Part shown: piece by piece, positions 1 through 8,788 of the stretch
Position numbering within the stretch: position 1 is the first letter of the stretch
Layout: every line of letters starts with the position of its first letter
From: a virus
DNA: 64,000 nucleotides
Virus record (IMG/VR): IMGVR_UViG_3300010413_000004
Location: 1-64,000 of that record
Strand: one strand, 5' to 3'
The notes under the pieces: model-generated
The model's input: the letters and a program-made list of their open reading frames with translations, nothing else
What the model was told of the DNA's origin: nothing
Database searches by the model: none
Program-made: the position numbers and the translations under genes

Positions 1-228
1 CTTTTGTGCTTCACGCATTGCGTTGCATAGAAGGAAACTTTTTCCAGATCCTGATGGTCCCGAGAATGATAAAAGGCGACCTTGAGGAACTCCTTTAAGA
101 AAGCTACCAGAAATAATCTTGTTTAGAACATGATTTCCAGTAGAGAACCAGTAGCGTGGAGGCTCACTTGCCCCCACACTAAGTCCAGCTTTCTCGAGGT
201 CTTTTGTTACACCTTCAAGAAATTTCAT
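1..228 (-). CDS. uvsX: UvsX/RecA-like recombinase, N-terminal part (runs off window edge)
   Basis: Hand translation MKFLEGVTKDLEKAG...WFSTGNHVLNKIISGSFLKGVPQGRLLSFSGPSGSGKSFL contains the RecA-type STG motif and Walker A; AAGGAG RBS upstream; not in the ORF track. Confidence 0.9.
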   Translation of the reverse strand, partial: MKFLEGVTKDLEKAGLSVGASEPPRYWFSTGNHVLNKIISGSFLKGVPQGRLLSFSGPSGSGKSFLLCNAMREAQK

Positions 229-237
229 GTAGTCTCC

Positions 238-1119
238 TTACTTGGATGTGCGACGTGCACGAATCTGTGCGAGGATTGCATCTGCTTCTTCGTCAAATTC
301 ATCTGATTCCCCAGATGTTTCACTTGCAACAGAAGTACTTGTCTCGGGCGTTTCGAGTTCAGCTGGAGCTGGTTTTGGAGAGCTTACCTTCACTTCATCT
401 CCTGAATCGTCAACGTATGCACTACCTGTTAGAGCAGCTTCAAGCATACTTTCAATTTTGTTGTAGTCAGGTTTTGGAGGAAGTAAGGTCTCCAGTGAAG
501 CAATATTATCTTCAACGTATGCGATTTCATCGTCAGTCAAATCAGATGGTCGACGAGCAAATTTGGTACCAACTGCGTAGTTGTCATACTCACCTTGCTT
601 TGTTTTCTTGATAATAAAATTGCATCCATCTTTGTATGCGAAAGGCACTTCATCCAACTCACCACTCTCGAACGCTTCTTTGATAACGTTGTAAATTTGG
701 TATCCAAGATTGAGGAAACGAACTTTACCTTCGTGCGTTTCTTTTGTCTCTGGATCAGCTGGAAGTGGATCCTCCACAATCAAAGCTTGAACGATATTTT
801 GCTTTTTGCGCCAATATTTCTTACCATTGACTTTATCATCATCTTTGTAGAAGGCAGACGAAACTTTACAAATTGGACACTCCTCATCATACATCTTGAG
901 GCATGGTACAGTTTTGTTTTCACCGTTAATGGTCAGAGTGTGCATGAGTTTCTCGACCATGAAACCAAATGGATTATCTTGATTCAGGTCAGGCAAAAAG
1001 CGCACAGTGACTTGATCACCAACTTTCATGTTCCAGAAAGGATAGTAGTTGTTTGGGCGTGATTGGGTGGTATTTTCGTCTTTCTTAAATGCAGCACGAA
1101 GCTGTTCGATGGATAATGA
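238..1119 (-). CDS. gp32: T4 gp32-like single-stranded DNA-binding protein
   Basis: VRFLP, H..C...CPIC zinc ligands, YWRK, acidic C-tail; start moved to MSLSIEQ behind an AAGGAG RBS; adjacent to uvsX. Confidence 0.88.
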   Translation of the reverse strand, partial: SLSIEQLRAAFKKDENTTQSRPNNYYPFWNMKVGDQVTVRFLPDLNQDNPFGFMVEKLMHTLTINGENKTVPCLKMYDEECPICKVSSAFYKDDDKVNGKKYWRKKQNIVQALIVEDPLPADPETKETHEGKVRFLNLGYQIYNVIKEAFESGELDEVPFAYKDGCNFIIKKTKQGEYDNYAVGTKFARRPSDLTDDEIAYVEDNIASLETLLPPKPDYNKIESMLEAALTGSAYVDDSGDEVKVSSPKPAPAELETPETSTSVASETSGESDEFDEEADAILAQIRARRTSK

Positions 1120-1250
1120 CATTCTGTTCTCCTTCATTTCTTGTTATTATTTTTTCGCTTCTGTTTTCACGTTTGCGATTATCCAGTCAAGAGACAACAA
1201 ATTGTTGCTTTTAGTTTTAAGTCAGACGCTCTTCGCCTGACTGTTGGTGT

Positions 1251-1279
1251 ACCATACTTTCAGAAAGAGTGGTTGTCAA
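1251..1279 (-). promoter_or_regulatory. sigma70-type promoter for gp32-uvsX
   Basis: TTGACA-N17-TATGGT on the minus strand; a late-type CATAAATA lies just upstream at 1286-1293. Confidence 0.7.
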
Positions 1280-1328
1280 CACTTATATTTATGATGGTTA
1301 ACCTCGAGGCTAACCATCACCCATTGTT

Positions 1329-3464
1329 TTATATTGATGCAGATAACGTTAATGTCACATCTGCAATACTGCTTGCTGTTGTACACTCAATGGTAACCAC
1401 ATCACCTATATTAAATGTAACTGGAGATGCGAATGCTACAGATGTTTGTATTTGAGAAGCTGCTGCAAATGTTATAGTACCAATTGAAGATAGTGGCCCT
1501 GCCCCCGTACTTTTGTATACAGTAAATACCGCTGCTGTTGTAACTGGAGCTGTTTGTGCTAACCCAACGTGACCAACACTATCAACCGTGAATGCTCGTG
1601 TTGCCACTAATCGCCCAATTACAGTAGTATCTGAAAGTGCTCCAACCCCCTGAGCGTTAACATCATATGGAATCGTAGCAGGTACAGCATTATCAACATA
1701 TTGCTTCGTAGCAGCTTCTAATGCAGATGTTGGATCTGCGTTGAGTGTTAGTGTACCTGTTAATACGCCACCTGATAGACTTAACTTAGTATCGGCGTAT
1801 TGTTTTGTGGCAGCTTCAAGTGCTACTGTAGGATCAGCATTAAGCGTCAACGATCCAGTCAAAGTTCCACCTGATAGACTTAACTTAGTATCGGCGTATT
1901 GTTTTGTGGCAGCTTCCAATGCAGTTGTAGGATCAGCATTAAGCGTCAACGTTCCCGTCAGTGTTCCACCTGCTAAAGCTAACTTCTTTGTATCCAATTC
2001 TGCAAAAGCAGACTGTCCATCTGCTGAGGTAATTGATCCTACAGGCGTTACTATGATCTGTGATGCTGGGTGTTGGTGAGACAATGGCGTACGGGCATCT
2101 GTTAATCGTGGATCAGTATCACTAACAACGAATGCTTTTGCTGGATCAGATGAAGCTGTTACAAGCGTGACACCACCAATATATGCTGTAGTTGCTGGTG
2201 GTAGATCAGCGATCGAACCAGTCGCTCCTCGTGGACCAACTCCACCAAGGCCTTGTTCGAAGATAATAGTATCTGAACTCAGTACACGAGCAACAGGAGT
2301 CTTTGGTGTAGGATAGCTTATAGCATCTGCAACATGAGGATCAGTTTCTGTTAGTGCTCCACTCTCAATCCAAAGTGGTGCTCCAATTGTTGACCAAGTC
2401 CAATTTGCATTGGTTATTACACCTTGAAGTATTACGGATCCCACCTCACCTGGGAGAATATCATCGACCAACATACCAACCACAGTATCTTGTGAATCGT
2501 TGTAAACTGCAGATCGTATTTTACCATCAGCCATATACGCAACTGGTGTAAATTTGGCCATGATTGTGCCGTTGCTAGATTGAGCAAATGACACATTTGA
2601 TTCCAATCGAATACCATCTACACGTGATGCGCTAGAATAAAAAGCGTCTTCTGTTGTAAAAAAGGTACCATCAGCTCGTTTGAGTGGTGCGCTTGATGAA
2701 TCAAAAAGCGCTCTACCAGCATACACAGAAGTATTGTCGCCAACTTGAGTACCGACGAATGAGGACCCACCATTAATACTAGGACTTAGGAAGTAGTTGC
2801 CGTTTGTTAACAATGCAGCAAAAACACAAAGAATTTCTTGCCACCCAAAAGCTTGTCTAATGTAATGCTTGTTGGTTTGGGTATTATACCAGATTCGACC
2901 TGTTTGTTTCAGTGGTACTCCACTAGAATCAACGTCAAGAGTTGCTGAACCATCTACAACAGCACTCGGTACTGCTTCAGCTACATTTATGGTCGTCTCG
3001 CCCGAAAACATGTTGTAAGAAGTGGATACTACTGTGTACGTTCCATCATTGCCCGTAGAACCATAGATATCAAATGTTCGGCCTGCTTGTAATGCGTAAT
3101 TGGAGTATACGACAAACGCACCGATACCAGCAGCGCCAGGTGTGACATCAACAACGGTTGCATCGCCAGATCCAGGTTCCAGAGCTTGTGCAACAGGTTC
3201 TAGTGTGGTTGTGTTAAATGTTCTAGTGAAGTCAAAAAGACTAAATTCCCAATATAGCCAATAGTTTGTGGACGATGAAAATGGTCCAACCCATGCATCA
3301 GTAACGCTACTATTTTCAACGAATATGTAATTGGTGTCACTTTGAGCGATTGTGACAGTTACAGGTCTGTTGGTTGCTAGGAGATCAACGTTTCCTGAGC
3401 CGTTGATACTAAGAAAGCCACCAGACTGATAGCTTACGATTCCTTGACGAAAATTAATCTTCAC
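1329..3464 (-). CDS. Virion structural / tail-fibre-like protein with three 33-aa repeats
   Basis: GGTLTGTLTLNADPT..LEAATKQY fibre repeats; Thr/Ser/Gly-rich; start at GTG (MKINFRQG) downstream of late promoter 3494-3501. Confidence 0.7.
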   Translation of the reverse strand: MKINFRQGIVSYQSGGFLSINGSGNVDLLATNRPVTVTIAQSDTNYIFVENSSVTDAWVGPFSSSTNYWLYWEFSLFDFTRTFNTTTLEPVAQALEPGSGDATVVDVTPGAAGIGAFVVYSNYALQAGRTFDIYGSTGNDGTYTVVSTSYNMFSGETTINVAEAVPSAVVDGSATLDVDSSGVPLKQTGRIWYNTQTNKHYIRQAFGWQEILCVFAALLTNGNYFLSPSINGGSSFVGTQVGDNTSVYAGRALFDSSSAPLKRADGTFFTTEDAFYSSASRVDGIRLESNVSFAQSSNGTIMAKFTPVAYMADGKIRSAVYNDSQDTVVGMLVDDILPGEVGSVILQGVITNANWTWSTIGAPLWIESGALTETDPHVADAISYPTPKTPVARVLSSDTIIFEQGLGGVGPRGATGSIADLPPATTAYIGGVTLVTASSDPAKAFVVSDTDPRLTDARTPLSHQHPASQIIVTPVGSITSADGQSAFAELDTKKLALAGGTLTGTLTLNADPTTALEAATKQYADTKLSLSGGTLTGSLTLNADPTVALEAATKQYADTKLSLSGGVLTGTLTLNADPTSALEAATKQYVDNAVPATIPYDVNAQGVGALSDTTVIGRLVATRAFTVDSVGHVGLAQTAPVTTAAVFTVYKSTGAGPLSSIGTITFAAASQIQTSVAFASPVTFNIGDVVTIECTTASSIADVTLTLSASI
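1690..1985 (-). repeat. Three tandem 99-bp coding repeats
   Basis: cctgatagacttaacttagtatcggcgtattgttttgtggcagcttc recurs at 1771 and 1870, with a third partial copy; encodes KLSLSGGTLTGxLTLNADPTxALEAATKQYADT. Confidence 0.92.
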
Positions 3465-3530
3465 ACATATACCCCTTAAATGTTCTCTTGTGGTATTTAT
3501 GTGTACCTCCACCTAAATGGTGTGAAGCTG

Positions 3531-4100
3531 TTATCTAACTACACCAGCATCTCTGAGAGATATAAAAGTTTTCATCAAATGCTTGCACACTCCAGGAACA
3601 CGACGAGGATTTACAGGAGGTTTATTAGTCTTTCGTTGATATGGAGGAGGTGGGTGGCCATTAAGGCTATCTCGTTGGTGATTCCATGTAGCGAATCGCC
3701 AATAAAAGTCCAAACATGTGCAACTTACCTTGACATTATTGATAGATAAATCTATTGGAGTAAGGTGATATTCATTGCCGTCGGAACCTGTAAACGACAC
3801 ATTATCGGGCTGATCGGTATCTTCAAACACCACATTATCAAATAATGCTGTGGTATGATACTCAGACCCGCTACTAGAGATTTTGGCTTTTGCTGTTAGA
3901 TTTCCACTCTCTCGTGCCGGCACGAGCTCTAAGTTTGTTACCTGCACGGGATCCACAACGTGCTGACGCTTTGTTGTAGGTGGGTCAAAATGAATTGTGT
4001 TCCTTTCGAGGTTGGCGTAAGTATCTTCGTTTAACTGAAGATATTCATCCAACTGATCTAGTATTCTTTTGCCGCGAATTATGTGTGGTTTATTTCTCAT
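3531..4100 (-). CDS. SWIM-type zinc-finger phage protein
   Basis: VKVSCTCLDF...PGVCKHL (CxC-n-CxH); late promoter motif 5 nt upstream of ATG 4100. Confidence 0.7.
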   Translation of the reverse strand: MRNKPHIIRGKRILDQLDEYLQLNEDTYANLERNTIHFDPPTTKRQHVVDPVQVTNLELVPARESGNLTAKAKISSSGSEYHTTALFDNVVFEDTDQPDNVSFTGSDGNEYHLTPIDLSINNVKVSCTCLDFYWRFATWNHQRDSLNGHPPPPYQRKTNKPPVNPRRVPGVCKHLMKTFISLRDAGVVR

Positions 4101-4142
4101 AAGTGTATTTATGAGAACCCCCACTCAAGGTGGAGGCAGTTG

Positions 4143-5240
4143 TTATAGATTATCTCCTGAAACTACAATGTCGTCAAAATCTCCAACATTTGGGTAGCTT
4201 AGATTCATGTATTGACGACGAACAGCTTCTGCTGGAACTTCTTTATCATGTCTCGTTTGTTGACGAGAAATGATAGTTTGAAGATCAACAGGCAACAATA
4301 CTGCAACAACTCGATAGCCACGACGTCGAGCTTCATTAATGTAAAATTTGCGTCGCTTTGCCGAAGTATTCGTGTTGTCAACAAATATATTTTTACCATC
4401 TTTCAGCAAATTAATGAATTCGCGCTGTGCATTGCTAATAAACTTCTTATCTTCACAAGAACGCTTGAATGCGACGTTGTAATCATCGCCATACCATTTT
4501 GTACGCAATAGATCCAACGAATAATGCTCCATATCGAAAGGGAATGCATTCGTCTGTTGTAATGTTGATTTTCCTGAACCTGATGCAGCTATTGGCATTA
4601 TCATCACTGGAAGTTCGTTTGGCACGTCTGCTGGAGAGAGATCTTCGCATCGCCGTAGGAATGAAGTGATCCATTCTGCTGACTTTGCTTGATTTTCTTC
4701 ATGGTTGTCACCAATACGACCCCAGTTATCAGCATACAGAACTGCAGCGAATGTATCGGGAGTCGCTATCGACTTGACCGTTCTCGCCAACATATCTAAT
4801 TTCTGGAGTTTGGTGATTCCCCATGGACGGTGATTCTCAACCAACCACCCAACGTAGTAGATGTCAGGTGGAATGAGTCCGAATACTTCAACCATATGAG
4901 ACCAGTTTCTTACAACATAATCTTCCCACAAACGAGCAGACGCTAACTCATGGCCACTGTAGCCATAATAAGTGCCACGCTCCGGTTTGTATTTCTCTTG
5001 ACGAGATACAGGCTTTCCAACGTCATGGAAAACGCAAGTTAGCGCGCCAAATAGGTCAGGCTTCGTCCAAGTTGGAGGCGTTGAGCTCAAGTATTGAGCT
5101 ACGACCATATCGGTGTGTATAGCTACGTTGCGTTCACGGTGCCAAGGAGAGTCCTCAGACACTGCAGCCATATCTGTGTATAATTTGTCTTCGTGGAATT
5201 CGTTGAAGTACCACTGAATGAATGCGGATCGCATGTCCAT
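4143..5240 (-). CDS. HD-domain phosphohydrolase fused to P-loop polynucleotide-kinase-like domain
   Basis: WH.E..V..HT, FHDVGK, GHE, H and D motifs; C-terminal ASGSGKST, D..R, VDNTN, R...R lid. Confidence 0.8.
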   Translation of the reverse strand: MDMRSAFIQWYFNEFHEDKLYTDMAAVSEDSPWHRERNVAIHTDMVVAQYLSSTPPTWTKPDLFGALTCVFHDVGKPVSRQEKYKPERGTYYGYSGHELASARLWEDYVVRNWSHMVEVFGLIPPDIYYVGWLVENHRPWGITKLQKLDMLARTVKSIATPDTFAAVLYADNWGRIGDNHEENQAKSAEWITSFLRRCEDLSPADVPNELPVMIMPIAASGSGKSTLQQTNAFPFDMEHYSLDLLRTKWYGDDYNVAFKRSCEDKKFISNAQREFINLLKDGKNIFVDNTNTSAKRRKFYINEARRRGYRVVAVLLPVDLQTIISRQQTRHDKEVPAEAVRRQYMNLSYPNVGDFDDIVVSGDNL

Positions 5241-5268
5241 ACTAACTTCCTTTCTTATTAAGAATTAA

Positions 5269-5297
5269 ACTATCCCATATGAAGGTAGTAATGTCAA
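5269..5297 (-). promoter_or_regulatory. Possible sigma70-type promoter for the HD-kinase gene
   Basis: TTGACA-N17-GATAGT. Confidence 0.5.
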
Positions 5298-5299
5298 CA

Positions 5300-6427
5300 T
5301 TAGATGATGACGGGAAGCCCTTCATCATCGTCATCATAATCCCCATATCCATCATAATCTTTTGTATCCCACTGCTCATAGTCAGTGGAGTATAGTTTGT
5401 CGAATGCGCTTTGATCATATGATGCGATTTCTTCGATCAAGCGGACAACGATCAACAATGCGGAGACTGCGTCATCAGTAGATCCCAGCTGTGCTGCATA
5501 TGATCCTTTCTTTCTTGCAAACGACTTTAATTCTGTCAGCAAGATTCGTGACTTGATGTGCAGGTTGCCCTTTTCTAGCATCTCCTTAAGATTGATACAA
5601 GCTCTCATTTTGGTACGAGATGTGGTGGTCATTCCTCTGCGTTTACTACCTTCTTCTGAAACGAACTCCACATTCATGGGTGGATCCTCATCGGCTTCAA
5701 ACAATGCGATTATCCCTTCACCAACACCATTATTCTCGACTGAGAAGTATACGGTAGTTTCTTTCTGTTCGAGGTATATGAGAATGTTTTTCAGTACACC
5801 GTACAGCAGGTTTGTTGACATTGAGTTTGATCGGTATTCGGCTACTTGTGTCAATGATGGAAAATCATATATCGTTATTACACTAAAGTCTTCACCGTTA
5901 CCTGTAGCGGGGTCGACCCCAATTAAATATGTCTTTCCTGGTAGTACTTCCTCCCAGAAAACAACATCTTTGATGATATTGACGGGCTGTACTTTGTCGA
6001 TAATTGGAGTTTGATTGGCTAACCACAATGAGTCTATCAGCAATGCATCAGACGATAGGAATTGGCAATTGTGACATAACAGTCCGTTAGCGAAATATGT
6101 GTGAGTTTCACTTTCAATTATATCGAAAGTTTGTTCTTTTGACGTTTTCTCAATGTTGGTTACCTTTTTATTAGTTATTCCCAATAACTCTGTTCCGATT
6201 TCAACATCTGCTGTTTGAATCTCTTGTCCATCTAACGTAAAAAATATATGTTTTTCAGTAACTTCAATTGACGTTTCATTATCAAATGTCAATCGATACA
6301 GTTGCTTAACCCCCATATCAGCTACGCCATAAAATGGGACAAAACCAGTCGCTGTCCTTATTTTCAGGCCTCTATTATTGATACTTAGTCTACTATTTTT
6401 ACGTATCTCTTTTTCCCGCAATCCCAT
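5300..6427 (-). CDS. terL: Split-intein C-fragment fused to terminase large subunit C-terminal nuclease part
   Basis: Intein block B (VTEKH), block F (TFDI), block G (YFANGLLCHN/C); then the T4 gp17-like RNase H domain (IGVDPATG.GED.S, VENN, DDAV). Exact start uncertain (ATG 6427 or TTG 6454). Confidence 0.9.
   Translation of the reverse strand: MGLREKEIRKNSRLSINNRGLKIRTATGFVPFYGVADMGVKQLYRLTFDNETSIEVTEKHIFFTLDGQEIQTADVEIGTELLGITNKKVTNIEKTSKEQTFDIIESETHTYFANGLLCHNCQFLSSDALLIDSLWLANQTPIIDKVQPVNIIKDVVFWEEVLPGKTYLIGVDPATGNGEDFSVITIYDFPSLTQVAEYRSNSMSTNLLYGVLKNILIYLEQKETTVYFSVENNGVGEGIIALFEADEDPPMNVEFVSEEGSKRRGMTTTSRTKMRACINLKEMLEKGNLHIKSRILLTELKSFARKKGSYAAQLGSTDDAVSALLIVVRLIEEIASYDQSAFDKLYSTDYEQWDTKDYDGYGDYDDDDEGLPVII
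6068..6427 (-). mobile_element. IntC of atypically split TerL intein (about 120 aa)
   Basis: Ends His-Asn at 6068, followed by Cys(+1) of CQFLSS. Confidence 0.88.
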
Positions 6428-7896
6428 ACTCGATATATTCCATGGTTTATACAATTGTCACGTTCTGATAATTGTTCATTATAATTTTGTAACCTTTTGG
6501 CAAGTTGCTTGTGTCTAAAGTTGAATTTGTGGACTCGTTTCCCCTTATACACGTAAGCATAATCTTCAACTAACTCTTTATCTAAAATAAACCCTGTTAG
6601 CTCGTATAATTTACCATTACTCCAACGATTATCTGCAAATGTTGTTATTTTTCGGCAATTTGTTTTTTGTTCGAAATGATGCAGCAATTTACTAAAACCA
6701 CCAACAACTTGATACTTTGTTGAAAACCGTTCAAGAATGTAGCTATCATTTTTTTTAGGTTCCTTTGAAAAAAGAGCTAACGCTACCAATTCTGTTGTTT
6801 GTTTATTCCTTAGCCCAACCCATATACTCCCTCTACCATCCCCTTGGATATGCGTGGCGTCAAAAAACTCTTGTCTTTCTTTAAAAGGGACCAACCAATC
6901 AATGATTGTATTTCGAGCATAAACTTTATGTGCTTTTAACTTATGAGTCATGCTTTTTAATTTAGCGAAAATAATATCTTTTTTGTCCCACTCATCCTCG
7001 AAAATGGTTAGTAGTTGTATACCCTTTTCTGAGCACAATTGGTGTTTGTTTTTATGATATTTTCTTGTTATCCGTTCTTGTGATTCACTGTGCCAGTACA
7101 ATCCACATAACTCTATAGCAATGGAAAAATCACTCAAGTAAAAATCAAGTTCATAAGGCGGAATGATTGTTTTAATATTCGTTTCAAAATCAATTTCCAA
7201 TTCATTTAAAAATTCTTCTAGCGTTCGTTCCCACTGAGATCGTTGGAAGTTGTGAGTTGAGATACCGTGCATGTGGAGATAATTTCCTACTGTTCTATCT
7301 CCAACTAACAACTCTTCGCCTATAACATATAAAGGTTTCTGTTTAATAACATGCTGTTCATACAACCAATCTTTATCTTCCAACAACACTTTACTATCAT
7401 TTGGTATTAATGTTGAACTATAATTTGGTTGGCCATACTTTTCTGTTAGCGTTGTCTGTATTTTTTCACGAACGCTAGAGGACTTCCATGGATGATCGTG
7501 GCCATATTTTCTTAACCAAGTTTGTTTACGATTCTCTTTAATATCTTGTAGTTCTGTGGAACTTTTTTGTTTCATTGTTTGCTGATATTTTTGTTTTCGC
7601 TTCTCGTGTTGTTCTTCTGTGAAGTTTTGTTTCACTTTTGATGATATTTCACTTGCACAAGTTTTTGTTCCGCATGTTTGAGCATACCCCATTTTATTGG
7701 GTCTAAATGATGATTTGTTGCCACATATGGGGCAATATTGTATAGCATCAGGATAAAATGTTTCAAAGAAATGTTGGTAATCGACGTATCCATTTTTCCT
7801 TAAATGGCGTAAAAATTGTCCGTTTTTTCTACAATATGTTTGGTTGTCGATTGGGGAAACCACAAATTTACCCGTCAGATTGTTGGAGTAGTTCAT
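6385..7896 (-). CDS. Free-standing homing-endonuclease-like protein (Zn ribbon + Vsr/DUF559-like nuclease + Hef/Mom-like C-terminal domain) between the split intein halves
   Basis: CPIC...C...C, KYG repeats, YELDFY....IAIELCGLYWHS, YARNT, HIQG, TFADNRWS.G.LY..GF, RVWDCG; ATG 7896 with AGGTGA RBS. Confidence 0.82.
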   Translation of the reverse strand: MNYSNNLTGKFVVSPIDNQTYCRKNGQFLRHLRKNGYVDYQHFFETFYPDAIQYCPICGNKSSFRPNKMGYAQTCGTKTCASEISSKVKQNFTEEQHEKRKQKYQQTMKQKSSTELQDIKENRKQTWLRKYGHDHPWKSSSVREKIQTTLTEKYGQPNYSSTLIPNDSKVLLEDKDWLYEQHVIKQKPLYVIGEELLVGDRTVGNYLHMHGISTHNFQRSQWERTLEEFLNELEIDFETNIKTIIPPYELDFYLSDFSIAIELCGLYWHSESQERITRKYHKNKHQLCSEKGIQLLTIFEDEWDKKDIIFAKLKSMTHKLKAHKVYARNTIIDWLVPFKERQEFFDATHIQGDGRGSIWVGLRNKQTTELVALALFSKEPKKNDSYILERFSTKYQVVGGFSKLLHHFEQKTNCRKITTFADNRWSNGKLYELTGFILDKELVEDYAYVYKGKRVHKFNFRHKQLAKRLQNYNEQLSERDNCINHGIYRVWDCGKKRYVKIVD

Positions 7897-7972
7897 ATAA
7901 ATCACCTATTGTAATCTCGAATGTGTTGCCACATTCATCTTGTATTTCAACTATAGTATTTATACTACAACA
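7868..7972 (-). mobile_element. IntN of atypically split TerL intein (34 aa)
   Basis: Starts with Cys1 after QEYE; block A-like CxxxxTxVxI and I.I.DLY helix, then stop. Confidence 0.85.
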
Positions 7973-8758
7973 TTCGTATTCTTGATTCCACCGTTGTTCT
8001 CCAATATCACCAATTTCATTTTTCTTGAATTCTTCATCGCGGCCAGGTGGCTCGTCCCAGAATACTTGGAGTGGAAAGAAGCTGTTTGATTTAACTTGTG
8101 CGCCTCTCCAAATTTGAGCAAAGATATTCATGTCGCCGTTTGGTGTAGATGTCATGATGCATGAACCACCAGTTGATAGTGTTGGTTTGATTGAAGTCCA
8201 GAATTCATCTTGAACAGCTGGAGCAACGAACGCGAATTCGTCCAAGAACAAAAGAGAGATTGACATACCACGACCAGAATCTTCAGATGTTGCCGTTGAT
8301 ATTATTCGGGAATCATTATCGAATCCGATGCTGTGTTTGTTCCATCCATCATCTTGGATGCCAGGTTTGATCCAATGTGGCAAGTTTTCATATGCATACC
8401 GAATACGAGCAATCATCTCCATGGCGTTGCTATTTTTATTTGAAGCAATAAGAATGGTCTTGTCAAAATTGAAAGTAGCATACCACAACAGGTATGCGGC
8501 TGACGTTGTGCTTTTGCCAGTTTGGCGAGCACTCAGTACGACAACGTTCCTGTTCTCTTGATATGCCTGTATCATTTTTCGTTGATACGGATACAATTTG
8601 AATGGTACAGCACCTTTCTTTGGGTGTTGTATCATTATGTAGTTTTCGATAAAGTACACTGGATCAGAAGCACATCGTCTGAGTTCTTGAAGCTGCTCAA
8701 GAGTGTATTCCGTTTCAGCGTTCGCCTTTTTTAACTTGGGGTTTTTTGCACGAGCCAT
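7868..8758 (-). CDS. terL: Terminase large subunit N-terminal ATPase part fused to 34-aa split-intein N-fragment
   Basis: LYPYQ adenine motif, ARQTGKS Walker A, FLDEFAF Walker B, TSTPNG motif III, then QEYE/CCSINTIVEI...IGDLYELL. Confidence 0.93.
   Translation of the reverse strand: MARAKNPKLKKANAETEYTLEQLQELRRCASDPVYFIENYIMIQHPKKGAVPFKLYPYQRKMIQAYQENRNVVVLSARQTGKSTTSAAYLLWYATFNFDKTILIASNKNSNAMEMIARIRYAYENLPHWIKPGIQDDGWNKHSIGFDNDSRIISTATSEDSGRGMSISLLFLDEFAFVAPAVQDEFWTSIKPTLSTGGSCIMTSTPNGDMNIFAQIWRGAQVKSNSFFPLQVFWDEPPGRDEEFKKNEIGDIGEQRWNQEYECCSINTIVEIQDECGNTFEITIGDLYELLQQSDG
7957..7964 (-). promoter_or_regulatory. Late promoter TATAAATA embedded in IntN coding sequence
   Basis: Exact T4 late consensus about 60 nt upstream of the endonuclease ATG. 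Confidence 0.65.
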
Positions 8759-8788
8759 ATTCGTATATATGGCGAATAAATGAGGGGG

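Noticed and set aside
204-1062. Plus-strand ORFs over gp32 and the many other short opposite-strand ORFs in the track
   Set aside because: Antisense to well-supported genes, with no RBS or recognisable motifs
1690-1985. 99-bp repeats as CRISPR array or DGR template/variable repeats
   Set aside because: In-frame coding repeats without unique spacers; differences are not adenine-specific and no reverse transcriptase or cas gene is in the window
6385-7896. Group I intron interrupting terL
   Set aside because: No non-coding space for a ribozyme core (ORFs overlap at both ends), and intein motifs on both flanks explain the interruption
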